A stretch of DNA of 64,000 nt from Acholeplasmataceae bacterium (GTDB lineage Bacteria; Bacillota_I; Bacilli_A; Acholeplasmatales; Acholeplasmataceae), in assembly GCA_021736335.1 (NCBI GenBank), contig JAIPGC010000001.1, forward strand, positions 23,700 to 87,699, in the 5' to 3' direction. How positions within the stretch are numbered: the stretch's first letter is position 1; every line of letters begins with the position of its first letter. The position numbers and the translations under genes are program-made. Positions 27,791-38,370 of the stretch are shown piece by piece. The notes below the pieces were generated by a model that was not told where the DNA came from, ran no database searches, and worked only from the letters and a program-made list of their open reading frames with translations.

Positions 27791-30289
27791 ATGAAAAAAT
27801 TACTTTTTGCAATAAGCATAGTCATCGTATTATTTCTATATGGTTGTGATGATCAGCAACCACTTGAAATAGACAAAATCTATTATAACGATTCTGAATA
27901 TATTAAAATCAATGAAGGTATAGAAACTGACTATATTTTGGGCGATCAGACACCCAATATAGAAAGCTTTTTTTCATTCTATTATGTTGAAGATATCGAA
28001 ACATATGAAATCATATCTGATATTGAAACAGGCAAAGAAGTATTTGATACAATAGGTACTTTTCTTGTAACATGTACAACAACACTGACTAATGGTCATA
28101 AATTTGATACTACTGTAGAGCTTATCGTTAATCCATTACCAACGATTTATGATTATATGATGATCAACACAAGTTTACAAAGAAATTTCATGATTGGTGA
28201 TGATGTACCAGATTTTTATGACTATGTTACCATATTGAATGAGGATCGAATTCAAAGATTTGAAATTATATCGCCTATTGAATCAGCTCAGTTTGATACA
28301 TATGGTCATTTTGATATTAGTATTGAAATAACAACAATAGAAGGTTATCAGTTTGCTAAAAGTTATCAGTTTTATGTTGATGATGGGTTTAATTTTGTAA
28401 ATGGATGGATAGAAAGATTCCAGAGCCAATTGGATATTCTAGGCAATGGAGAAAAAAGCTATGACTCATATAATGAGATTACTTATTATAATGGATCGAT
28501 AGAACATAACTATATATATAATGGGAAATATAGAGCAAGATTAGAAAATTACTACGGATTGTTGCTCATGCAATCTGAGTATATTTTTGATGATTTTCAC
28601 GAAACAGCTGAGATATATGCATATGTCAATCACGATCAAATCATTTTCTATGAAAACTCTTATAATACTGATTATAACTGGTTGACAACTGAGTTTACTT
28701 GGGAAGAATACTTTGACTCTATCTATATTTATGGTGATGTTGAGGTTGTTGATTTATTAACAGGTGTCGAAAGGCCAAAGACGGTTGTAGAACTTGATGA
28801 TACGTATATAATTGGAATTCCTGTAAGCGAAGAAAATTTTTCATTTAACATTGCACTAGAGATTATCGATGCTATGATTATATTTGGGTTATATGATGGA
28901 ACCAATGATGAAATATTTACTGAGATGATGGACAATATTGATTTAATTCAGTTAACTGTTGAACTAACAAAAGAAAATTTTTATTTACGCTCCATAGAAC
29001 TGGATTATACAGAGTTATTAAATCATCTCATTTCAAATAATTCAGATATTATTAATCTTTCAACAGGCTATAAATACTTTAGTAAAGCAATTTACAGGGA
29101 AGACAATTTTCATAATAATCAGATACTAGAAATTAACGATGAAGTTTATTTTGGAGATATTACTGATACAACATATCATATAAACATATATAACTATATT
29201 GATCTACATGCTGTAAGAGATGAAGAAAATAAAATGATTTATCAAGTTGTAAGAGGTACAAATCAATTAGAAGCTCTTAATTATGAATCTTTCGAATATA
29301 GAAGAATCACACTTGATAACACAATAAATCGAATCAAAATGTTTGATGATAAACTATTTGTTTTGCACCAATCACAAGACGCATCAACTGATTATTTGAT
29401 TAGGGGAACTAGTGATATTGTCGTTATTGATAAAAATACACTTGAAATTATAAATACGGTTGTAGTAGATTATAGAGTTCAAGATTTCTACTTTGATGGA
29501 GATCATACTATTTATGTCTATAACGAGACAACTTATGAATTTGCATTCGCTTCTTATGATTTAATTACTGGAGAAAAAATCAATGAATACAGGGTTTTAA
29601 AAGTAAGATCAAGTCCAATTTACTTACAAGATGAGAATATGATTGTTTTTGGCGAAGATATCGATGCTAACTCTAGTATGATCAGATATATTAGTCTTGA
29701 TAATGGCTTGATTTCTGATAAAGTCGATATCTTACAAGTAACCGATTTGTTTTCACTCAAATATGTAGGAGATCACTATTTTATTGTAACAAATGATGAC
29801 AAAGAATGGCAGATACTAGAAATACATGGTGTCGATGCTGTAGAGAAAACCGAAATGGTGAACTCTATTCCATCTACATACTTAATCAATACTGAACTTG
29901 ATTTGATCATTTCAAGAGATAGAAATTCAATTGTTGCACGTGATTTTGATTTAAACATTATTTGGGCAATTAATAATCCAATTGATAAGAGTAATTTTAT
30001 CTTTGAAGATGGTTATATAAAATGGAATGTCTTTAATGATAGTTACTATGATACTGATGCTTCAGCTACGAATACTGTGGTTGTTTATACACCAATCAAT
30101 AGTCGATATAATACAGATTTTCCACCATATAGCATTGAAGATTATGAGTATACGCTTGTTGAAGGTACTGTTGACTTAACGACACCAGGAACATACACAC
30201 AAACATTTACTTATCATTTACCTCATGAAGATGAGACTTTCATTGTGGTTTGCACTTATGTTGTCTATGAGAAGGTTCTTATAGATTAA
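27791..30289 (+). CDS. Acidic lipoprotein of unknown function (Ig-like ends, probable beta-propeller region)
   Basis: ATG at 27791 after GAGGGG; lipobox LYGC; C-terminal VDLTTPGTYT Ig-like motif. Confidence 0.6.
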   Translation: MKKLLFAISIVIVLFLYGCDDQQPLEIDKIYYNDSEYIKINEGIETDYILGDQTPNIESFFSFYYVEDIETYEIISDIETGKEVFDTIGTFLVTCTTTLTNGHKFDTTVELIVNPLPTIYDYMMINTSLQRNFMIGDDVPDFYDYVTILNEDRIQRFEIISPIESAQFDTYGHFDISIEITTIEGYQFAKSYQFYVDDGFNFVNGWIERFQSQLDILGNGEKSYDSYNEITYYNGSIEHNYIYNGKYRARLENYYGLLLMQSEYIFDDFHETAEIYAYVNHDQIIFYENSYNTDYNWLTTEFTWEEYFDSIYIYGDVEVVDLLTGVERPKTVVELDDTYIIGIPVSEENFSFNIALEIIDAMIIFGLYDGTNDEIFTEMMDNIDLIQLTVELTKENFYLRSIELDYTELLNHLISNNSDIINLSTGYKYFSKAIYREDNFHNNQILEINDEVYFGDITDTTYHINIYNYIDLHAVRDEENKMIYQVVRGTNQLEALNYESFEYRRITLDNTINRIKMFDDKLFVLHQSQDASTDYLIRGTSDIVVIDKNTLEIINTVVVDYRVQDFYFDGDHTIYVYNETTYEFAFASYDLITGEKINEYRVLKVRSSPIYLQDENMIVFGEDIDANSSMIRYISLDNGLISDKVDILQVTDLFSLKYVGDHYFIVTNDDKEWQILEIHGVDAVEKTEMVNSIPSTYLINTELDLIISRDRNSIVARDFDLNIIWAINNPIDKSNFIFEDGYIKWNVFNDSYYDTDASATNTVVVYTPINSRYNTDFPPYSIEDYEYTLVEGTVDLTTPGTYTQTFTYHLPHEDETFIVVCTYVVYEKVLID

Positions 30290-30318
30290 CATGATAAGTA
30301 ACTATTGAAAGAAAGAAG

Positions 30319-31266
30319 ATGATCATTATGAAAAGACATCTTTGTTTATTGATCTATTTGTCTTTACTAATAACGCTTTTTTCTGCATGCACTCCAAATA
30401 ACAATACCGAAATCATTCATGACAACAGCAAGTATACAAGTTCTACCTTATTTGAAGATATGGAACATAACAATTACGTGGTAAAACTGGGAATTAATGT
30501 AGATAATGAGTCATATAACGTTCAGTTAACTGAATTCAATCAAACAATCAATCTACCTCATGGCGCACCAATTTTTAATATTTACACAGTTAGAAATCCT
30601 TATACACTGGAGTATGGATACATTTATGAGATTCATAATAGCCAAGCACTAGAGGCTTTCTTTCAGAATAGATGTGAATTTAGTATGTCACATGACGAAA
30701 TTACATTTATCTATGAAATTGATTATTACGTTTTAGAAATGTATCACAGCGCACAATCTGATTTTGTAAATATTTTAGAAAACCATGAGTTTGAAGCGAA
30801 TTATCAATATGATATGTTCTATTCTAATGAGATAGAGCATCATCCTTTCATAACAAATCTCTTGGATGGTGGTGCAGTCATTTTGGAGGATTACACGAAT
30901 GATGACTTATATGAAAGAGGTATTTTCTCACGTTCACCAATTGATTTTAAATATATAGTATTAATCAGTTATCTTGAACAAGGCAATACAAAATATGTTT
31001 TGGTCATTGAAGCGAGAAATCGTCAAGATGCTTTAACTGGATATTACGAGCAAGGAGAGATTGTTGCTTTTCCAGGTAATGTTAACGAAATTTTTATTAG
31101 CTATCAAAACCTGATTATCATTATACATACTATGGAATGGTATGACTATTCACAACTAGAAGCATTAATGGAGGGTAAAGAGTATAAAACTTATGACATA
31201 AGTAATTATTGGCATAATTCAAGAGAACCTATTGATGGCTCTAGATTTGCTCGTTGGGAAAGATAA
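30319..31266 (+). CDS. Hypothetical lipoprotein
   Basis: Lipobox FSAC; long ORF with no recognisable motif. Confidence 0.6.
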   Translation: MIIMKRHLCLLIYLSLLITLFSACTPNNNTEIIHDNSKYTSSTLFEDMEHNNYVVKLGINVDNESYNVQLTEFNQTINLPHGAPIFNIYTVRNPYTLEYGYIYEIHNSQALEAFFQNRCEFSMSHDEITFIYEIDYYVLEMYHSAQSDFVNILENHEFEANYQYDMFYSNEIEHHPFITNLLDGGAVILEDYTNDDLYERGIFSRSPIDFKYIVLISYLEQGNTKYVLVIEARNRQDALTGYYEQGEIVAFPGNVNEIFISYQNLIIIIHTMEWYDYSQLEALMEGKEYKTYDISNYWHNSREPIDGSRFARWER

Positions 31267-31269
31267 TAA

Positions 31270-31298
31270 AAAGATACTCATATGAGTATCTTTATTTT
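31270..31298. terminator. Bidirectional terminator
   Basis: Perfect inverted repeat AAAGATACTCAT/ATGAGTATCTTT between convergent genes. Confidence 0.75.
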
Positions 31299-31331
31299 CT
31301 ATTTATGTGAAATCAAGATGCAATTAAAGAT

Positions 31332-31832
31332 TTATTGATTAAGTAAATCCAAGATGTATTTTATTGCAGAAAAACTTATTAGGTTTCTCTCGTTTTCAAT
31401 GAGCTTAACAGATTCCAAAGAATTCCCTAATAAGCCATGTTGTAAAAGTGAAGCCTTAAAACCTCTTTCAGTTGCACCATTTAAAGTAGCTAAGACACAC
31501 GAGCTTGCTGATAATCCAGATATGATGACATAATCAACATCAAATGATTTTAAGGTTTCTTCAAGATTTGTTTTCCAAAAGCCATTTCCATATGCTTTAG
31601 TCATATAGATATCAGAATCTTTTTGTATGATTTCATCAGCAACCTTAAATCCTTCAGTTCCTTTTCCATCACCAGCAGTAGCATGCTGAATATGGATAAC
31701 AGGACGCTTTGCATTCCTAAAATAACCACTGACTTCGTTAATATACATAGCAGCAGTTTTCAACTGATCTTTAAACATCGGTTCTTCAACATATTCTTTT
31801 TGAACATCAACGATTAGAAAAGCTACATTCAT
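31332..31832 (-). CDS. Isochorismatase-family cysteine hydrolase
   Basis: LIVDVQ, K...N.F..T.L, SGL...SCV..T...A.ERGF; ATG at 31832 follows GAGGTG. Confidence 0.9.
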   Translation of the reverse strand: MNVAFLIVDVQKEYVEEPMFKDQLKTAAMYINEVSGYFRNAKRPVIHIQHATAGDGKGTEGFKVADEIIQKDSDIYMTKAYGNGFWKTNLEETLKSFDVDYVIISGLSASSCVLATLNGATERGFKASLLQHGLLGNSLESVKLIENERNLISFSAIKYILDLLNQ

Positions 31833-32017
31833 TATAATCACCTCTAGCTTCATTATATAATATTTTTTTCAGATTAATTATGAAAAAAAACAACACACTT
31901 CTAAATAAAAATGTTTTCATACTTAATGTATTTTCATATCTAAGGTATACATAGTATAATGAAAGTAACGAAACATTATTTTAATCGTAATGAATTATTT
32001 ACAAAGGAGTTTTTAAC

Positions 32018-33190
32018 ATGGAAGCTGTATTAATTAAAGAAAACGTTTATTGGGTTGGTGCCATTGATTGGAATCTAAGAGATTTTCATGGTTATTCAAC
32101 CAATCTAGGTGGAACATACAATGCATATTTGATCATTGATGAAAAAGTCACATTAATCGATAATGTATATGCACCTTTTGCTTTTGAGATGATTGCACGC
32201 ATCAAATCAGTGATTGATCCATCCAAAATTGAGATTATTATTTCTAACCATAGTGAACCAGATCACAGTGGGAGTATTAGAGATATCTTAAAACTTGCAC
32301 CTAATGCAAAAATATATGCATCAGGTCCTTCAGGTGTTCGTTCAATGATGGGTACATATCATAACATAGAAGTATTTCCTGTCAAAACAAGTGAAATCAT
32401 TAATATTGGGAAAAGAGACCTTCAGTTTATTCAAACTCCTCTTGTTCATTGGCCAGATAACATGGTCACTTATAGTTCATATGATCAGATACTATTCAGT
32501 AATGATATGTTTGGGCAACACATCGCATCTTTTGAGAGATATGATGATAGCTTTCCACTCAGTCTTTTACTAGATGAACTAAAAAAATATTATGCTAATA
32601 TTGTTTTACCTTATGGTGCACAAACACAAAAAGCATTGACTGCAGTCAAAAGTCTTGATATCAAACTGATTGCTCCTAGTCATGGACTAATTTGGAAAAA
32701 ACATATTGATGCTGCATATGACTTGTATGAGAAGATGAGTACATATCACAAAGAAAATAAAGCAGTTGTCATCTATGATTCCATGTGGGGAAGTACAGAA
32801 AAAATGGCACTTGAGGTGGGTGAAACATTTGAAAAGGCTGGTATAAAAACTGTCGTCAGACATGTTAGAACCTCACCCGCGTCTGATTTAATTGTGGATC
32901 TTATGGATGCCAAATATATTGCTGTTGGTTCACCAACGCTTAATAATGGTATGATGCCATCCATAGCAAGTTTCTTTTGCTATATGAGAGGATTAAATCC
33001 AAGAAATTTGAGTTTCTTCGTTTTTGGTAGTTATGGTTGGAGTGGTCAAGGAACAGAATTCGCTGATAGGGATCTAGAAGCTATGGGGTACCATAGATTA
33101 ATGAAACCTTTACGTATTTTATATGCACCAAAAGACGAACAATTGATACAGATGAAAGAAGTTATCTTGACTGTGTTAAACAAATTATAA
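32018..33190 (+). CDS. fprA: Flavodiiron protein (A-type flavoprotein, O2/NO reductase)
   Basis: TYNAYLI, NHSEPDH, HWPD, SND.FG, PSHG, flavodoxin domain YDSMWGST, GSPTLN, GSYGWSG. Confidence 0.93.
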   Translation: MEAVLIKENVYWVGAIDWNLRDFHGYSTNLGGTYNAYLIIDEKVTLIDNVYAPFAFEMIARIKSVIDPSKIEIIISNHSEPDHSGSIRDILKLAPNAKIYASGPSGVRSMMGTYHNIEVFPVKTSEIINIGKRDLQFIQTPLVHWPDNMVTYSSYDQILFSNDMFGQHIASFERYDDSFPLSLLLDELKKYYANIVLPYGAQTQKALTAVKSLDIKLIAPSHGLIWKKHIDAAYDLYEKMSTYHKENKAVVIYDSMWGSTEKMALEVGETFEKAGIKTVVRHVRTSPASDLIVDLMDAKYIAVGSPTLNNGMMPSIASFFCYMRGLNPRNLSFFVFGSYGWSGQGTEFADRDLEAMGYHRLMKPLRILYAPKDEQLIQMKEVILTVLNKL

Positions 33191-33229
33191 AATATTGAAT
33201 GATTAATTATATAGATTATTATAATTGAT

Positions 33230-33257
33230 AGGAACTATCGTGATAGTTCCTTTTTTT
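33230..33257 (+). terminator. Terminator after fprA
   Basis: AGGAACTA-TCGTGA-TAGTTCCT hairpin plus T-tract. Confidence 0.85.
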
Positions 33258-33348
33258 CTATTAATACAATCGTTTGTTTAGTATTACATATAGAAAGTCT
33301 GTAATAATAGACGATGTACGTATTTTGCCTATTTGTGTAGATAAACTG

Positions 33349-33397
33349 TTGACTGAGCGGTATTTTTCAAGTATATTTATAAATGAAAGCGGTTACT
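33349..33397 (+). promoter_or_regulatory. SigA promoter with downstream cre/LacI-type operator
   Basis: TTGACT (33349-33354), 17-bp spacer, TATATT (33372-33377); TGAAAGCGGTTACT at 33384-33397. Confidence 0.65.
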
Positions 33398-33445
33398 TTT
33401 TATTTAGTAATAAATAAGCCTCTTAAATTGACTTTGGAGAATGAC

Positions 33446-36400
33446 ATGAAAAGAAAATTTGTATGGATATGTATAGGGTTGCTCATGAGCTTGAATTTTT
33501 TTGCGTGTCAAAAAGAGTTGACTAGTCAAGAAATAGAGGATATGTTGAATCTGGTTACTGACGAAATATCAGTCCCTACTCAAACAAGTACTAACATTAA
33601 TTTGCCTGAAACGATTACCTATGGTGATTATGAAATTCAAATTGAGTGGACATCTAGTAATCAAACTTATTTGACTAATTCTGGTATTGTGTATCAGCCA
33701 GCGTTTTTAACAGGAAATCAGCTCATAACCTTGACTGCAACATTCACTTATTTGGACATATCGATTTCTGAGACATACGAAGTTAATGTTTTATCAATCT
33801 CAGACTCTGAAATGACTTATGATGTATCTTTTGATTCCAATGGAGGATCTGCAGTTTCAGATTTGAATGATGTTTTACATGGTTCTACAATCACAGAACC
33901 AAGTAATCCAATTAGAGAAGGTTATATTTTTAGTGGATGGTACAAGGAATCTACTTGCATCACACCATGGATTTTTTCAACTGAGATTGTTACATCTGAT
34001 ATCACATTGTATGCTAAATGGATTGCAATAACCTACACAGTGACTTTTGATTCAAATGGAGGATCTCCAGTTGATTCTTTGACTGACATAGTTTCTGAAT
34101 CATTAATTGATGCCCCTGAAGAACCATATAAGTATAATGCTATTTTTGTAGGGTGGTTTAAAGAAATAGAATTAGTGAATGAATGGAACTTTTCATCTGA
34201 TATTGTCACTCAAGATATTACTCTTTATGCAAAATGGATTCCCATGACTTATACAGTTTCATTTGAAGTTAATGGTGGAACAACCATTATTGATATGACT
34301 GATTTGTCATCTGGTTCTATATTAAATATGCCTGAATCACCTGTAAAGGATGGTTATACTTTCATAGGATGGTTTAAAGAAGCAGAGTTGATACACGGTT
34401 GGAATTTTGAAATTGATCAAGTCACTTCAGATACTGTGCTTTATGCGAAGTGGGAAGAGAATTCAATTGTTATAGAAGGCACACCGATAACTACAGCACA
34501 AGAATTCAACAATGTTTCCAACTCGGGAGAGGTTGGAACATATTATTTAGCTAATGACATAGATTTTTCCACTCATACATGGACTTATGTGAATTTTAAC
34601 TTTCAAGGTATTATCAATGGAAATGGTAAAACATTATCAAATCTCACATTATATGGAACTGACCGAACAGGCATATTTTCTCGTGTCAAAAATACTGAAA
34701 TTTATAATTTAACACTGGATAACATTCAAATCACATCAACCAATAGAGCTGGCATACTTGTAGGTGAGGCAGATGGAGATAGTGTATCGCTTCATCACAT
34801 CAGAATCATAAATTCATCAGTATCAGGAAATAGTTCAAATGGTGTTGGTGGCTTGATTGGATATACAAAGCCAGGATTTACAGTAGATATCAACAATATT
34901 ATCATACAAAATACGTCTATTATCAATGCTTCATCAGCAGCTGGTGCCCTTATTGGTATGACTGACAGTGGCTATGTTAACATTCGTGATATCAATATCA
35001 TTGATACTGATGTGACTGGTAGTAATCGAACTGGTGGTATATACGGAGAAATCAAAGGTACTCCAATTATTTCTATCGAACGAGGTGTCATAGATGTCCA
35101 TTTAATTACAGCTCAATATCTTGGAGGAGTTGTTGGTAGAAATCAAGCAACATCAGGAGTCACAATAAGTGATCTGCTGATTACAGGATCAATGACCTCT
35201 ACAAATAAAGATGTTGGACTGGTTTCTGGTGATCTTGATATTTCGTTTAGTTCAGTATATGCAGTTGAATTATTAGTTACAGGGACACTCAATAAACAAA
35301 ATTTACCAGAAACAAATATTATTTTATCATTTGATACCATCAATGCACTTTGGTGGATGAATCACTTATCTTCTATATCATCAAACACATCATGGTATTA
35401 CTTAGATCAAATGTATCATTTGTATGGAAACTCATATGTCCCAGATAATAGTCATGCTGTCACATTGGTTTTCTCTAATGGAAATCAAAGTCAAATCATC
35501 TATGTAACAGATCAAACATCGTTAAGCGAACCTGAAAATCCAACCTATTACGGATATGCTTTTGTATCTTGGTGTTTGGATGAATTATTGTTAATAAACT
35601 ATGATTTTTCGAATCTGGTAACAGAATCTATGACTTTATATGCTAAGTGGGAAGCATTACCAACATATACTGTTACAATCAACGGTATTTTACAAGTTGT
35701 TGTAGCAAACGATTTAGCGATTCAACCCGAAGATCCAATTCAATTAGGAAAGATATTTTCTGGATGGTTTATAGGAGATGATATCTATGATTTTTCTTCT
35801 CCTGTGACACAAGATCTCACAGTTGATGCACATTTTATAGATGCTGAACTTTTCACCATTACCTTCAATAGTTTAGGTGGATCGATAATTAATCCAATTG
35901 ATTTTTATGAGAATCAAATCATATCAAATCTACCAAGACCTGTCTTGGATAATTATCGCTTTGTGAATTGGTATATAGACATTGAACTAACAGATTTGTT
36001 TGAACAGGATTACATAGAATCCCATATCACACTTTACGCTAAATATGTTGAAATGGGAGAACTCATCTTTGATGAAACATTTGATTATCCTGTGAACACA
36101 CCTTTAGGGTCAACATCCTGGGAAGAAGTCAAACCTGGTTTAGCTATCATGATTGCTGACCAGACACTGAAACTTACAGAAGAGGCTTTGGAAGCAACTT
36201 ATGAACAAAGCATTTCAGCTATGGCTGATGGTCGTTATGTCTTGGTATTTGATTTCATGCAAGGGATTGGTGGAGCAGCATTCACCATTGAATTGCTACA
36301 CGGTTCAGATAGAATCTTCACAGTAGGAGCAAACCGCGCAAATCGATATACCTACCGAAATAGCGATGGATCAGAAACTGCTGTCAATGCATCCTTAATG

Positions 36401-38332
36401 AGTGTCACACCTAATTTATATCATCAAGCAATCATTGTTTTTGATACTGAATACGATGTGTATAAATACTTCATCAAAATTGGTGAAACATTGCTTGAAG
36501 TCACTCCTGATGGTGGAGTAAGTTTTATGAGTGATTTAGATATCACAAATATAAGAATCAGAATTGTTGGACATAATAATGTGCCTTCAACAGATCCCAC
36601 ATCATATATTAGACATTTATTGATTGAGTCAAGTAGTGAAACTGAAAACGGAAAATCTATTTATGATCCAGAAGAACCTATAGATTTTCAAGTTTTAATT
36701 CAAGAGGTTTATGATGAATTAACAATACCTTTTATGAATGATATTAGATCCAACATCATTTTTCCTCATAGTATTTCAAATATAGCAATTACTTGGGAGT
36801 CATCAAATTTAGATGTTATAACCAATGATGGTGTTGTTTCAAGAGATGAAAATGATGACATTCATGTAGGTATTACCGCAACTCTAACTAAAGCTGGATA
36901 TACATTAGTTAAAGATTTTGAAGTGATTGTCAAATCTCTTCAATCAGTTGTCTTATTTAATCAAAGTGACTATTCATTATCAGGGTTTGCATTAGGAAAT
37001 ATCAGTATACCTATGCTATCAGAAGGTCAACCAGGTTACTATGTTGTTTATAATGAACTTGATTTGATGAATGCAATCAATGCTGAAAATAGCAGTTCAA
37101 ATGGTACAACAGCAGCAAGAATTATTGAGATTCGAGCAGATCTGAATATGGGATATTTAGAAGTAACAAATCAATATGGCATCTTAAGAAACTTTGAATC
37201 TCACATCACACCAAAAATGCATCCAATCTTAAAGGTAAGTGGTGTCGGTAAAATTATTATCCAAGACAGAGATGGTTCGACAAGCAAATATAATGAAGGT
37301 TTAGTCATTTTTTCAACTTCTGGTCATACAATCAAACATGCCAGTTTCTCAATTAAACGATCAAATAACATAGTGATAAGAAATCTTAAATTTGATGAGT
37401 TATGGGAATGGGATGAAGCAACAAAAGGCGATTATGATTCAAATGACTGGGATTACTTTACACTAGATACCATTGATGGTATTTGGTTTGATCATATTGA
37501 ACTAGGAAAATCATATGATGGCTTGATTGACTTTAAAGCGGGTAGTGATTTAGATGCTACAGTAAAGAATGCTACTTTCTCTTATATGAAACTTGTTTTT
37601 GAACCCAATCTATTTATTCAAGCTCAATTCGATTACCTTGAAACAAATAAGACATCCTACAATTATTACAATCAAATGAGAATTGCAGGCATGACACAAC
37701 AGGAAATTATGGAAATTAATAGTTTCCAGAAAAAAGGTTTTCTTCTAGGTGGAAGTGAACTTCGTGTAGGTAATGTGTTTACACTTACAATCTATAATAG
37801 CATCATTAAAAACCTGCAGGATCGTTTTCCTAGACTTCGTGGTGGCGATGTCCATTTGTTCAATAATATATATGATGCAACAGATGTTTATGAATCAAGA
37901 AACTATGTTTTAGAGCATTTCCCAGCTTTATTTGCGCAAGACATCTATAAACGTCAACTCACAAATCAAATGATTGTTACCACCGAAGGTGGGGCTGTGC
38001 TTTTGGAAAATTCAATTGTCATGGGTGTAACTCAAGTCATAAAGTCAAATCAAGTTAGTAGCGATCACCCACTGATGACAGGAAAATATAAAGTTATAGA
38101 CAGCATGTATATTTTAGGGGATTATGTCTTCTATGGTTCATCTGAGGATGAAGATACACCATTTATCAGATCTAATTCTGAACCTATATTACCATTTTCT
38201 TGGACCAACATTGTTGAATTGCCATATACGAATTATCAATTGGTTCCAGTGAATGTTTTAGAAGAATATTTGGATTTCGCAATTCTAGGCACTACAGATT
38301 TACTCTTCAATTGGTTAGCACTCAATTATTAA
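33446..38332 (+). CDS. Multidomain surface lipoprotein with C-terminal PL1 pectate lyase
   Basis: ATG at 33446 after GGAGA; lipobox FFAC; Ig-like modules, six InlB B-repeats, a GLUG-like beta-helix, a lectin-like domain, then a PL1 domain (IVIRNL, IWFDH, YDGLID, DRFPRLRGG) clearly paralogous to 3607..5049. Confidence 0.85.
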   Translation: MKRKFVWICIGLLMSLNFFACQKELTSQEIEDMLNLVTDEISVPTQTSTNINLPETITYGDYEIQIEWTSSNQTYLTNSGIVYQPAFLTGNQLITLTATFTYLDISISETYEVNVLSISDSEMTYDVSFDSNGGSAVSDLNDVLHGSTITEPSNPIREGYIFSGWYKESTCITPWIFSTEIVTSDITLYAKWIAITYTVTFDSNGGSPVDSLTDIVSESLIDAPEEPYKYNAIFVGWFKEIELVNEWNFSSDIVTQDITLYAKWIPMTYTVSFEVNGGTTIIDMTDLSSGSILNMPESPVKDGYTFIGWFKEAELIHGWNFEIDQVTSDTVLYAKWEENSIVIEGTPITTAQEFNNVSNSGEVGTYYLANDIDFSTHTWTYVNFNFQGIINGNGKTLSNLTLYGTDRTGIFSRVKNTEIYNLTLDNIQITSTNRAGILVGEADGDSVSLHHIRIINSSVSGNSSNGVGGLIGYTKPGFTVDINNIIIQNTSIINASSAAGALIGMTDSGYVNIRDINIIDTDVTGSNRTGGIYGEIKGTPIISIERGVIDVHLITAQYLGGVVGRNQATSGVTISDLLITGSMTSTNKDVGLVSGDLDISFSSVYAVELLVTGTLNKQNLPETNIILSFDTINALWWMNHLSSISSNTSWYYLDQMYHLYGNSYVPDNSHAVTLVFSNGNQSQIIYVTDQTSLSEPENPTYYGYAFVSWCLDELLLINYDFSNLVTESMTLYAKWEALPTYTVTINGILQVVVANDLAIQPEDPIQLGKIFSGWFIGDDIYDFSSPVTQDLTVDAHFIDAELFTITFNSLGGSIINPIDFYENQIISNLPRPVLDNYRFVNWYIDIELTDLFEQDYIESHITLYAKYVEMGELIFDETFDYPVNTPLGSTSWEEVKPGLAIMIADQTLKLTEEALEATYEQSISAMADGRYVLVFDFMQGIGGAAFTIELLHGSDRIFTVGANRANRYTYRNSDGSETAVNASLMSVTPNLYHQAIIVFDTEYDVYKYFIKIGETLLEVTPDGGVSFMSDLDITNIRIRIVGHNNVPSTDPTSYIRHLLIESSSETENGKSIYDPEEPIDFQVLIQEVYDELTIPFMNDIRSNIIFPHSISNIAITWESSNLDVITNDGVVSRDENDDIHVGITATLTKAGYTLVKDFEVIVKSLQSVVLFNQSDYSLSGFALGNISIPMLSEGQPGYYVVYNELDLMNAINAENSSSNGTTAARIIEIRADLNMGYLEVTNQYGILRNFESHITPKMHPILKVSGVGKIIIQDRDGSTSKYNEGLVIFSTSGHTIKHASFSIKRSNNIVIRNLKFDELWEWDEATKGDYDSNDWDYFTLDTIDGIWFDHIELGKSYDGLIDFKAGSDLDATVKNATFSYMKLVFEPNLFIQAQFDYLETNKTSYNYYNQMRIAGMTQQEIMEINSFQKKGFLLGGSELRVGNVFTLTIYNSIIKNLQDRFPRLRGGDVHLFNNIYDATDVYESRNYVLEHFPALFAQDIYKRQLTNQMIVTTEGGAVLLENSIVMGVTQVIKSNQVSSDHPLMTGKYKVIDSMYILGDYVFYGSSEDEDTPFIRSNSEPILPFSWTNIVELPYTNYQLVPVNVLEEYLDFAILGTTDLLFNWLALNY

Positions 38333-38370
38333 TATTGAGAATAATATAAAAATTTTTTAAGGGAGGATTT

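Noticed and set aside
33383-33445. Extended N-terminus of the giant PL1 protein
   Set aside because: The ATG at 33383 lies in the operator at the predicted start site; the RBS and lipoprotein signal support ATG 33446. Similar over-extended starts were trimmed at 4904, 8977, 10823, 27779, 47518, 48416 and 52502.
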